Shown: positions 11,686 through 26,700 of the stretch, piece by piece
Position numbering within the stretch: position 1 is the first letter of the stretch
Layout: each line of letters opens with the position of its first letter
DNA from: Chrysomallon squamiferum
Taxonomy: Eukaryota > Animalia > Mollusca
DNA: 64,000 nt
Direction: 5' to 3'
Assembly (NCBI GenBank): GCA_012295275.1
Contig: CM022670.1
Span: 36,952,001-37,016,000, forward strand
Made by a program: the position numbers and the translations under genes
The notes under the pieces: model-generated
What the model was told of the DNA's origin: nothing
The model's input: only the letters and a program-made list of their open reading frames with translations
Databases searched by the model: none

Positions 11686-14600
11686 CCATCTAGTCAAGCA
11701 TCTAGAAGCATTCCAACAATGTAAACTGAATAGTTTCTCATTAATGATGTTAAGAATATTCTTTTTGCATGTATGCAGATGAAATAAGCTTTATGTATTT
11801 TGAATTTTAAACTTGGGAACAGATGTTAGTTTTACTGTAATCATACTTGTCTCGAGCAAATGAATTGTATATTAATGTATATAAATGTCAGTTAGCTTCA
11901 TCATCCCCCATCTCATGTTTAATAAAGTATTTAAAAATACAAAATCTCATTAATGATATAGTTCACTACTTTTTTAAATTTAAAAAAAAAGTTGTTTCTG
12001 ATTTTCACGTCATGACAACCTTTTTAATAAAATAATTGGTTTGGCTGGTGAGGGTTGGCAAAAATTTATGTGGCTTTTTGGATGGTTTCATAATTCTAGA
12101 ATTGTTTTGCTGCTTTAACTGCTTTCTTTTTTTTTTTGATATTTCTATATATATATAAATTTGGTATGTTTGTTACTTGCTTACATTTTTTTTTTTTAGC
12201 AGATTTTTATTTTTAACTGTCAGAACTTCTTCAAACAATTTGAATAAAGTTACTGTTGCATTGTAAAAAAAATATGTATTATTTATTTATTTTTTGGTGA
12301 ACTATACGATATAAATGGCACATGAATAGTATTATTTATCATCAGAAAAAACCCCAACAAGTAATGAATAATTTTTGAAAATTAAATAATTATGATAATA
12401 AATAAAAATTATATTTAAAATAAGTGAAGAATAAAATTGAAGATAAACGACAGTCCCCCAAAACAAATAAAAATTTCAAAACTAAAATACTACATGTATT
12501 TTTCTGTAAGTTTGGCAACAGATAAAAAGAAATATATTAGTTAATTAATGTGCTTTATTAGAAAAGTATGAAATATGTTGTTCCAATGTAAGATTTTTAT
12601 GTTCTGAATACTAGTATTTCATCGGTATTGCTAAACCGAATTATATACATAAAATATCAAAGTTTTGTCGTGTCACGAATGATGTTTCACGTCCACACAA
12701 GAAAAAAATGTCTTAAAGCTGGTAGAAACTTGTTATCTTATATTCATTTTTCAGTCAGGCGAAAAATATAATTTATACTGTAATATTAATATAACGTTTT
12801 ATGAACGTTAATAGTTACAACGAAAAAAAAAAATCTGAAATGCTTTCACATTTTTTCATTCGGCACGCATGACCTCCATTTGTATTTACGCCGTTAATAT
12901 TACGATTATCCCCCCCCCAAAAAAAATGTTTTTTAATGTAGATATATAAAAGATTGGCACCACAAATACGTTATTATAGGACATATAATTAATAACTGCA
13001 CAGAACCAATTTGTCACACGATTTGCCAGATCCCTTGCCTCTGTGTTCTAAGCCCTTGATTTGTACAATGATTATTTGTATTACTGTCTTACTATATACA
13101 AGCTTCAAAACGTAACACCAGCCGTTTAATATATATATATATATATATATATTGATAGTCAAATACTCGCTTATATGTACTGTTAGGAGAATGACGGAAA
13201 TACAAGGTCAAAAAATAGTTTTGACAGTCATTTCGCTTGAAGATCTATTTTCTTTGCGTGAATAAATTTTGGTTTAGCTATATATATATACACACACACA
13301 CACTCTCAGCATACAGCGATACCAAATTAAACAAAGTGGGTTCGATCAGGAGTACCTTATGTACCTATCAATGAAGATCGTGCAACAAAAAAAAACAAAA
13401 CAATAACCAAACCCCCATTAAGATCAATGCAAATAATAAATAAATAATACAAAACCGTATTAAATAATAATAATAATAATAAAATATATATATATATAAA
13501 GGATAATATTTTAAATAATAATAATATAATAATGAAGATGATGATGATAATTAAACAACAAAAACATAATATAAAATTGTCAAAATATGTTTATAGCGAT
13601 ATACATTAAATACTTTGGTTTTGATCCGTTCTACATCACTACTTACAAGCCAATTAGGTGGCTATTTATATGAATAACATTATTTCGAATACTGTTGAGT
13701 ATTATAATCTTTTACATCTGAATCAATATTTTTTCAAAAAATAAAAAAAAATTTAAAAAAATTTGAAAATGGGTATGCGTGCGTGCGTGAGAAAGAAGTG
13801 AACAAATATTTTAAAAAGCATTTTGAGCCACAGAATAAATTAATATCAATGAACTATTCAATCCGCTTTTTAACCGATGTAATATGAATAATAAATTTAA
13901 AAAATATATATATAAAAAAAATCATATTTTTGTTAAATGCTGCGTTTATATTGCATATTTTTAGGTCTCTCTGTGCTCGACCCTTTGAATACTGTCAAAT
14001 GTCACCGTGCCAAATCTCCCAAAATGTTTAAAATATTTCATTCATATTGTGTTTGATACTGTCCGACTATGGGTAAATTTTGAGTGCCGTTATGAATTAA
14101 ATCACGCATTTATCAACAGGTGTGATAATGAACCGTTTCCAAACAAAACGCTGCGAGTTGTTTGTCATTCAGTACTGTTTCATCGAGATAAAGGTAAACG
14201 TGAAATTAATTTATATTAGTTTATAAATACTTAATGATAAACATATAAAATCTGACACACACACAAACAAACACACACTCATATTACAAATAACACGGAG
14301 TCACTTTAAATCCAGTAATGTAAAATGTGATAAACTGGTAGATCGGCACACTGCTATTTGCTGGTTAGGTATCGCGGTACAGTTGTGCGTATTGTGATTT
14401 TGTCTTTACCCCTAAAAAGAAGAATTATTACTTCAGAAGTCAGTTTTGGAATGGGCTATATTTGATGTTGATGTTAACATAAACCAGATGCTACACCTTT
14501 GTCTGAAGACCCTTAGCTGTAGTGGAAAGGACAGCAAAGGTGTAGTCTTCCAGTTAGTACATAAACATTTATGTAATCCAGTAGAATGCCATTTTCCGCA

Positions 14601-14795
14601 TAGCCAGATATTCTTGAGGAAAATGATCTACTAAATAATTCAGCTAATTAAGTTTGATACTAATGAAGTTCATTTAAAGTTATCATAAAATTAAAATAAT
14701 ATAAACTACACTGCAATACACTTTGTTTTATCGCAATATATCGCATATGGTTTTGATCGCATCGTTGCACCCCAGGAAAATTGGTGTCTTTCAGT

Positions 14796-17047
14796 TTACT
14801 GGTGAGGATTTCCATGAGAATTTATATAGGTATAATCATTCAAACTCATTCCAAACTGGCTGGCAAGATGGCTGTAATACGCATACATAGGCCAAGTTTG
14901 TGATCCCGTACTACAACCAGTCTGATTGCCAGAAATGTTGTGAGAGTAAGACATCCCCGGATATCTCTGATCTCTTTGAGCTGTACGATGGGCGTATGTC
15001 TCAGAATTTGTACTTTCATTTTTCATATTAGATCCTTCAGGATGTGAGTTTGTTACATGATTTCGATCGTCATTTGCATGATAAACATGGTTCTGACCAT
15101 CGGAACTAGCGTCCGAATGCATTGTACTCTGACCTTCTAAAGTCGTCATAATTTGGGGCCCATGCTCAATATTCTTTTCTAATACATTATTAAACCAGTG
15201 TTTACGGTTATCCATAAAATGTGATTCTCTTGCAGCCAGTTCATTTTCGCTGATATCAATATGCTGAACAGTAGAAGAATGAGCTTCTGCATCAAAATTT
15301 CCAATGTTTTCGTTAGGAGTTTCATAATCATAAAAGTCTACATTGGACTGAGTATCGGAAGACTGATGATGGTGCATATCTGTCAATTCAATCGTTTCTC
15401 TGCATCCCTCCTGGTTTTTTTTCGTATTTTCTTCAGCAACATGGGGTGAATCATCATTTTCATCACTGTTTTGACCGATTTTTTCTACATGATAATTTTC
15501 CGCAGCTTTTACCTCACATATTATATCCTCCCTCCATGACTTTGGATCCTTATTAATTTTGTGAACCAGAATCATATGACGTCTGATGATTGAAGCGTCG
15601 GTAAACGATCGAGAGCAAAGTTTGCATATAAAGGGCTTTTCACCTTTGTGAACACGAAAATGCCGCTGAAGAGCTTGTTTTTGTGTGAAAGGTCTGCCAC
15701 ATTCAGAGCAAACAAATTTTTTCTCATCTGCGTGAATTCTTAGGTGCATTTTGAGACCTGATCTTTGATTGAATGATTTACTACACAAATGACATACAAA
15801 CTGTTTATTATTAGCATGAGTAAATTTGTGGTCTCTCAACGCCGATTCGTATGTAAAACCTTTTCCACATATCTCGCAACATGTGGTTTTGCTCCAGTGT
15901 GAGCATTTGAGTGTTCTGCCAACGAATGTCTGGTGGTAAAGCTCTTTCCGCAAACACAGCAAAGATAACTTTTCTTTTGGCCAAGATGCTCGGCTTTAAT
16001 ATGACAATCCAAAATGTATCTGTTGCAGAAGTTTTTTGAGCATAAGTGGCAATCAAAACATGGTCGTACATAATCCTTATCGTGTGTCTTCTTGTGGTCA
16101 ATCATTGCTTTCTTAATTTTATACATTTTACCACAAATATCACAACAGTGTTGAGGTTCAACATGTGATGCACGGTGTCGTTTCATATAGCGAAAGTTCG
16201 GAAAAACTTTAAAACAAATATCACACTTTGTAGGGCAAGACAAGTGAATTCTGTGTCTGTGATCGGCCAGTGCGTTTCGACTTTTAGCTACCAGGTCACA
16301 ATCTTGACAAGGGAAATCTCCCTCACCGTCATCTTCAAGTTTTTTGGGGCGTCCCCGCTTTCTTTTTTGTGAACTTTTTATTGTTTTTTCTTTCTTCTTC
16401 TTTACATATCCACTCATTTTTGTTCTGTACTTATTATAAATTTTTGATCTTACAAAGCCAGGTGGGTATTTTCGGGGTCTTCCTCTTCCTTTTTTCTTCT
16501 GTGTCTCCTCATCTTTTTCTTTGTCGGATGACACATTTTCATTCGATTCATTTAGTTCAGCATTAAGACTGTTCGATTCTTCAGATTCCGAATGCGTTAT
16601 TGACTGTTTTGTTTGTGTGCGGGAAGGCCTTAATTTTAACTTTTCTTCGTTTTCATTATCATCATTTCGGAAAACTTTTGAATCAGTTCCTGATTCTTTG
16701 TACTCATTGACTTTAGTATAATTGGATTTCCTGTCACATTTGTTTTCATTCGTATTTTCAACAATTTCGCTGAATTTGTTCTTTTCGTTTAATTGATCCT
16801 TGTCATCCAAATCATTTTTATCCATTTTTCCATACACTGCTAGAGCGGTTGCTAACAGTTTGTACGCGTGCTCCATGGAAAGCCATAAGCCTTGCAGCTT
16901 ATAGCCAGTCTTATCGATAATACTTATGTTAACATTCGCATCTCGACACACCTGCTTAACCATTGAATGAAAGTCAAAACCAGCCGGAAATTTGTCCTTA
17001 AGATTATCCGAAATATCTGCAACAACATTTGAGAATATGTGTGTCAT
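14796..17047 (-). CDS. C2H2 zinc-finger protein (9 fingers, 2 AT-hooks, ~750 aa if repaired), with a 1-nt frameshift at about 15878-15881
   Basis: ORF 17047-15836 gives the AT-hooks (KGRGRPRK, KRGRPKK) and fingers 1-5 up to HTGAKPH. ORF 15962-14796 continues CEICGKGF...H through finger 9 and an acidic/Ser-Asn tail. An acceptor TGATCAG sits just upstream (exon start 17049), so an upstream exon may exist. Confidence 0.85.
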
Positions 17048-17408
17048 GTCTGATCAGAAGGATTAAAAAAAACAAAAAATTGTAATTTGGATCAAATTTT
17101 CACAAGTTTACTGTATTCCAAAAAAAACACCTAAGATTTTGTTAACTTCCAGTTACGAGATTTTCCTAGGTAAATTATCTCCCTTTAATTTGTTTTGACG
17201 TGTATCGTGGAAATGACAAGGGATGGGGAGAAAGTACAGAACATCGACCTTATTCCATAAATTATTAATGAAAACTTGTAATTTGTAAATATTAGCATCT
17301 ATCATAAATTATTTATAGCAAAGCAGTTTATCAAAATATTTTGCTTATTAAACAGTATCTTAATATTAATTAAAATAATAAATGAATAAAAAAAGAAATA
17401 AATAAAAC

Positions 17409-17463
<55 letters not shown>

Positions 17464-19302
17464 TACAAACAAAACAACAACATATAATTTTATTATTGCT
17501 GTCACTATTGGTACATATTGATTTTACATGTGAATATCTTGATATATTAATGTTTTCAGGGCCCACACACCTCTTGTCACCATCATAATAAGTCTTGGAT
17601 ATGCCTATAGGTGCCACTAATCACTAATATAGAAAACATAGACAACAACTAATGCTTATTTATTCTAAAATTTTAAAACAAAAAACAAAAACAAAGAGAG
17701 AAACAGAAAAGAAATCTGTCATGCCAGTAAATTATTTTATATTAATAAATAAATAATTCCAAAATATTCAATTAATCCTCATTTAATTAACATCTGCTGA
17801 TTTTATGCACATGATAATGTCTTTTTCATATTATCATCATTATCACAAATATTAGTCATTGCATTACTGATGTTCTGCAGATATTTTTTTATTCTTGCAT
17901 AGCTGTAAAATGTATGGTAAATACTGATTTGTTTTGTATCTTCTTCTTCTTCTTCAAAAAATAAAATTCTTCAGTAAAGAAGCATCTATTTAAAGATAAA
18001 CTAATTCCTGAAAATGACTGTGACATGGCAATGCTTCAGACTGAGCATAGAGTTTTGAAATCACATGAACATTTTTATAAGCATGGCACAATAAATTTCC
18101 AACACAAATTTTGTTTTCAATATTTTAATATCTATCTACACAACAAGGTATACATATCATACATTCAGAAATAATTTGTTTGAATAATATTATGAAATGT
18201 GAGTATGAAAATAATTTAAAAAAATAAATAATACTTTTGATAAAATGGAAAATTTGAAGATAGCCTGAATATTTAGATTTGTAATATTGATAATAACAAC
18301 AATACAAGAAAATTGTATTTACATGTTTTATTTTCCTGGATACACATGCATTTGCTGTTGCATGTATGTATTTTTGCATTATGTGCATTAGTTTTAATTT
18401 CCCTAAATAAATTTTATATTTTTAATTTATTTATATAAATATATATATACAATTTTTAAAGCACAATTAACAATTCAAAAATTATCTCTAGGTTTCTTCT
18501 ACATTATTAAAACAAACCCCCTATCACCTCAGCTTTTTGATTTGTTAACTGGTGACATGAAAATAAATGGTTAAATGATATTTAATCATATTTTAAATGA
18601 AGCACAATGTATGTTGAAATAATATCATAATGAATATTTATTTTTAAATGAAAACTGAAAAAAATAATAAAAAAGATAAAAACAAAATTAAAAAAAACAT
18701 TAATAAATTGGTCCCTTTATTCACAAACTTAAAAGATAGGAATTATAGAAAGAAAAGTTATTCTGATTGGACAATTTTTGGACATAAAACAAAATTAAGT
18801 ACCAACAAAAATCACATTATTAGATTTCCTCCATGAAGTAATAAAGGAATATAATGAATATATTTAAACACAAAATTGTTAATTCAAACATATATACAAG
18901 TCATACTGGTGAAACAATGAATCTGACAGTTGGTTTTAAAAAAAAAAAAATTGAAATAGTGCCACGACTATATACTTTTAATATGGATTGTGGAAAATAT
19001 CTTGTTTCTCATGTGAAATATAAATGAAAACATAACAATATAAATACAGTTTCAGAGATTCGTCTGGAACTTTTAAGGAAGGCAGGTTTTTAAAAACGTC
19101 TGGCACATGAGCTTTATTTACTTATAGAATATACATTTTTTATTTATTTTTTAAATTATTCAAAATGTACTCTGCTGTTAACAGGTATCGATTATATATG
19201 CAATCAGTAGAAAAGGCAACATTGCTCATTTTCATTCAGTTAACTGCAGCGGCACTATTGTTTTCAACAGTGTATATTGTTATGGGTACATCTACGAGTA
19301 TT

Positions 19303-21714
<2,412 letters not shown>

Positions 21715-21807
21715 GACTTTATTCTCGATTTGTTGATCTTCGAAACGAACCAGCCGCTTTTGTTTCCCGGATGTTCTGTAACGGAGTTAAAAACTAGCTT
21801 TTCTTTT

Positions 21808-21853
21808 ATTGGATAAAATTTAATTACAAGAAGCGATTGTGCTACTATCCAAT
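21808..21853 (-). promoter_or_regulatory. CCAAT boxes of the centrin proximal promoter
   Basis: ATTGG at 21808-21812 and CCAAT at 21849-21853, about 100-140 bp upstream of the centrin ATG. Confidence 0.4.
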
Positions 21854-21880
21854 CAACAAGTTACAGGATATCAGTCGGTA

Positions 21881-22080
21881 AAAGAAAGGAAGGAAATTAA
21901 AATTTTATTTAACGACGCACTCAGCACATTTTATTTACTATCATTATGCTAAGGATAAGTACAACGAGCAAGGCTATTTATTTTTTTCATTTTTAAATAA
22001 TACATATACCGACAGGATAGTTCATACCATGCCTTTTGTTACCACCAAGAGATATCGATCTCATGACTCTTGAGCCAAAG
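21881..22080 (-). mobile_element. Decayed SINE-like interspersed repeat
   Basis: (GAAG/GAAA)n tail, then TTTATTTAACGACGCACTCAGCACATTT and GACAGGATAG..CATACC..GCCTTT segments. These resemble an abundant gastropod tRNA-derived SINE as I recall it (not searched). Similar fragments occur at about 34918-35020 and 63580-63630. Confidence 0.55.
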
Positions 22081-22962
22081 TTCTATTACTGTACTTCATC
22101 ACGCTCATCTACCAATACTAAACAGTGACAGAAATGGGTTTTAGGGACTAGGTGTATGCTAAGGTTCGTGAGACTTAGATTGGGAAGGAAGGAACAGATC
22201 AGTATGGCCATTTCCATTTTTTTTTTTTTTTTTTTAAATACACAGCCGTTGCATTTGTATCTATAGATGTACTCACGCACATACACACACACACACTAAA
22301 CAAATTATAGTAACTGACAAAAAATTATTAAAGTCTAAAGCCAGATTAATGTCCTTCTTGGGATCGCGCAGGGCGAGGGACAGTGCTCAAAAGCAAGACA
22401 GTGCTGCCTAATCAGAACATCTCGCTATCCTAGGGAGAATTATTTTTGGAAAATGGTAAATTTCAGGAACATCTTGATCCTATAAGCTCTGAGGTTAATA
22501 ATTACATGCACTCACTCAAATAAAGATAGCTATAACAAATATGTATATTGCAAAATAAAATTCTTTTTCAGATTATTCATTAATTTCTTGAACATTTTGC
22601 AACTATTCATGACTTTCAATGTGTTCGATAGGGCTATATATACAAAATTAATGATCAGCCATTAATGGATAAAGGCATCTTGGCATTAAACAAGGTTACA
22701 TCTACTGCAGTATGTGTCCGATTAATTGAGCCCACCTAAACCATCTTGCTGGTTTGCCAACACACAATAAAGTAAAGAAAGACTGTGTTTTCAGTTTATA
22801 TATATATATATATATGTTTTTATAAGAGTTATATAAACTATACAAGCATAATTAAAGAAAATAAATCAGTTAATTGTAATTGGTGGGAAATCGACAAAGA
22901 AAAGCTAATAAGCATAGAATTTGGACGTAGAACACAGGCGATTTGTTTATTTATTATTACTA

Positions 22963-23304
22963 CAGGTACCGGATCAATTATCCGGCGTCCTGCAATCCGG
23001 AAAGACTAGAAAACCAGGAAAAAATTTTTTCCCGACGCTATTTTCATAGTTGGCGCGCGTGGGTGTTATCCTCACCAAACTGGAACTACTCTTTCAAGCC
23101 GCGTGGCGTTCATCCATTCGCCGCATTGTTTACGTGTTGAGTCGCCACAGTGGTGCGTCGTCAATTTTCTTTATGGTTTTAATTTTAAAATGTTTATGTC
23201 TAATTGTTTACGTATTTAGATGCCTTGGTACCAGAAAACCGGAAAATCCAGAAATCCGGAATGCCTCAGACCCCAAGGGTTCCGGATAATTGGTCCGGTA
23301 CATG
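22963..23304. mobile_element. 342-bp MITE (Tc1/mariner-pogo type, TA target duplication)
   Basis: Left end TA|CAGGTACCGGATCAATTATCCGG, right end CCGGATAATTGGTCCGGTACATG|TA: 23-bp inverted repeats with 2 mismatches. Subterminal (A/T)CCGGAAA repeats on both sides. Confidence 0.85.
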
Positions 23305-23421
23305 TATTATTGTTGTTGCTGTTGTTCAATTACTTTTAAATAGTAGTATTGTTAGCAGTATAATTTTGAGTTAACGATAACTTGTAAATCCTATTGGCTA
23401 ACACTGATCGACCGATGTCAA

Positions 23422-23708
23422 ATGGCTTCTCTAAAGTTTGAGGTACAAGAACTTTTTATTTATCAAGCATACCTTCTTATGTTTTCCCCTCAAAAGAAAA
23501 CGTTTTAATGATCTATTTGAAAGAACGTATTGTTGTTCCTATATATATATCTTAAACGCCGATTACCTGTTAATTGACTTTTTACTGGTTCTCAAAGATC
23601 CCCACTTATGATGTATACATTATAAAAAAAATATATATATAATAATAATAAATAAAAAACAAACAAACAATAAAATAATTAAAATAATAAAAATAAAGAA
23701 AAAAATGA

Positions 23709-23741
<33 letters not shown>

Positions 23742-26700
23742 GTGTAAATACATTTACACTTCGATGTTCGAGTCATAAACTTTATCCAACACCAAGTTAA
23801 AAAAAGAAAGAAAAAAGTGTTGCATGTAAACCTTAAGGCTAAACAAGTTAATAAATTTTGGTTGTAAAAGGAAACTAATAGGAATTAAATACATAAAACT
23901 AAAAGTTCAAGACGTAGTGAATCAAAGGTTTCAGTGTATAATGCATTTCATTTGACAGTAGGCTGCTGTGTGAATAAAAGTTTTATACTGAATAGTAAAT
24001 TTTCTTTATTTGATTTTTTTCTTTTAATCATAAAATTGGTTTCACATGCATTTAAAAGAAGAAGAAAAATTAACAATAACAAAATTCAACAACAAAAAAA
24101 CAACAAAAATAAATCAACACAAAACAAAATCATAAAAATAAAAATAAATGATGAGTAAAAAGAATAATGGGTTGTTGAAAATATGCAGTCTTTAAGAAAG
24201 TCCATCAAAAAAAAAAAAAAAAAAAAAAAAAATCCATAAATCAGCTAAACCAAACATGGCTTTCTAGAAATGTATTCATGTTAATTATACATTTCCCTCT
24301 TTTTGCTGTATATGTGATTAAATATATTCTTTTTTTAATCCTTATTTTTGAGGTTTGTAAATAATTTTGTTGGGACTAGGTTTAAGTTCACAAAATATTG
24401 TTTTTAAATATTATATTCAATGAGCTGATGACCTAGGGTTTTTGTTATCATTTATGTTTTTGTAAGTTGATTGAAGTTTGACATACTGCCCATGAAGCAA
24501 TTTTCTCAATTTAATCAATCTCTTTGTTCTGATCCAATAAAAAAAAAATTTCCAACATTAAACAAAACAACAATAAACAATACAATTTGGCTGATTTTAT
24601 AGGCCATTTCAAGAAATACATTAAAATATAAATATGTGCATGATAAACTGCTTTTAGTTTTAATGCAGATTTATGAGTTTATTCTTTTCAGCACTGTCTT
24701 ATAATTGGAGGATGTGGATTCTTGGGTCAACACTTGTGTGAAGCTTTACTTGAAAAAGGTTACAAAGTTTCAGTCTTTGACATCCGCAAAAGTTTTGAAA
24801 ATGAGAAAGTCAAATTTTATATTGGAAATTTGTGCATCAAGCAAGTATGTTTACATTTTCTTTAAATGTATAACATTTTTGTTAGCATAGATTATTTGAT
24901 GCTACTTTGGTGTGTGATCTATGCATCATGAAACTACTTTGGCATGTGATCTATAACTTAAAGGGCAATCTACAGTAAACAAAATATCTTGGAAATTTCT
25001 ACACGATAAGAACATGATGAGAAAGAATAATTATATTTCTTTAACAGGAAATGTCAGTTTATGGCAGGCAGGCATGTAAAATAAAAACAGATTTGACCTA
25101 GCTTGGATTGGAAATGGATTAAATAGGCAAACTTCATTTTTGAACAGATACATGGTTTGGTAGTTCGTCTGTATTTCATTCTGTGATTTTACTTGTTTGT
25201 TTACTTTTCAATTTCTAAAGAACCCTTAAGATATTGGCTAAAGATTTTTACAATGTGATCAGTGACAAGATAAAGGCAATTGCATTTTTATGAAGAAATG
25301 GCCTTGTAGATGAGGAAGAAATGGCCTTGTAGATGTGGAAGAAAATGTTGCATCATGTCAGAGAACCTTCCAATCACATGTTGATTATTTCTGTTGGCTG
25401 CAGATGAGGAAGAATGCTGAAGAACTTTTTCTTGCATTTCTAGCAGATGTTTGCTCAATTCATCGATAAAATTATTCAATATTCATACACTTTTTAGCCC
25501 TTGTTCCTGTAACTTATATAATAAAAGGAAAATTTGTTTCATTTATGTTGTGAAAAATTGTAATGAAAAACCAAGAATAAACAAAATAATAATTAAAATA
25601 AACACATAGATCACACACCACCAAAGAAAAATTTGCTCGGTGCAGATCAAAAGATAGAGTAGATCACATACCAAAGCAAGACCGATTAGTTTAAGTTTAC
25701 ATTTAATCCTTTATAAGAGTTATTTATTAGTACTAGTACAATTATTTTAAGAAACAAAAGATTTTAGTTCATGCAAAAAAGTTTTATTCAAGTTGAACAG
25801 AAAACGATGATATATAAAATTCTCAATAAAATACAAAAATAAAAAAATAAAGTGGTTTTAATTTTACTGAAAAATAATTATTGCAGTGCCTAATATACCA
25901 TTTACAAAAATACCAAGTATTAACTTATGTCTTAATTTTGTGAATCAAATGAATATGTAAAGGGAGAAAAAACAAATTACCAAAAATGTTTGTATATTTC
26001 AGGATCTGCTTGAAGCTCTGGTAGGAGTAGACTGTGTCTTTCACTGTGCTACAGTTTCTCCTCTAAGCAACAACAAGGAACTATTCTTCAAGGTTAATTA
26101 TGAAGGTACTAAAACTGTCATTGAAGCATGCAAGGAAGCAGGAGTGAAGGTAATATTCGAAGTTACTTGTTAAAATAAATAATGTCTCCTAAGTGTTAAC
26201 CATTAATTAAAAGGAAAAGTGTTTGTGTTTAACAGCAATCGTTTTCTTTAAAACAAAATAATAAATTAAAAGGAAAGAGAAGTAAAACTGAAGGAATAAA
26301 AAATTTAATCAGTACAAACATTCACAAGTTTATTTTGCCTTAAATAAAGTTTGGTGTTGTTTATGTTGTTTTTAATTTCTTTCTCAGCAATCCTTTTCAT
26401 ATAATATTAAGATTTTTAAAAACAAAAATATTTTTGTTAATAATTTTGTTTGATAATTAAATTAGGTTGTTTTTTGTGGTGGGTTTTTATATTTTTATTA
26501 TACATAGAATTTCCATCTTAATTTTAATAATGTAGCATTTTTTAATTTCAGAAATTTGTGCTAACAAGTAGTGCAAGTGTTGTGTATGAAGGTAAAGACC
26601 TCAGCAATGCCACTGAAGACCTTCCTTATGCAGTAAAACCACTTGATTATTATACTGAAACAAAGATACTGCAAGAAAAGGTAAGGCTGAAATTAACTTT

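Noticed and set aside
15811-16721. Overlapping short ORFs within the zinc-finger gene
   Set aside because: Alternative-frame or antisense by-products with no recognisable motifs.
17366-17617. ORF MAPIGISKTYY... as an upstream exon of the zinc-finger gene
   Set aside because: It runs into a (TTA)n microsatellite, and I could not support a convincing donor or any homology.
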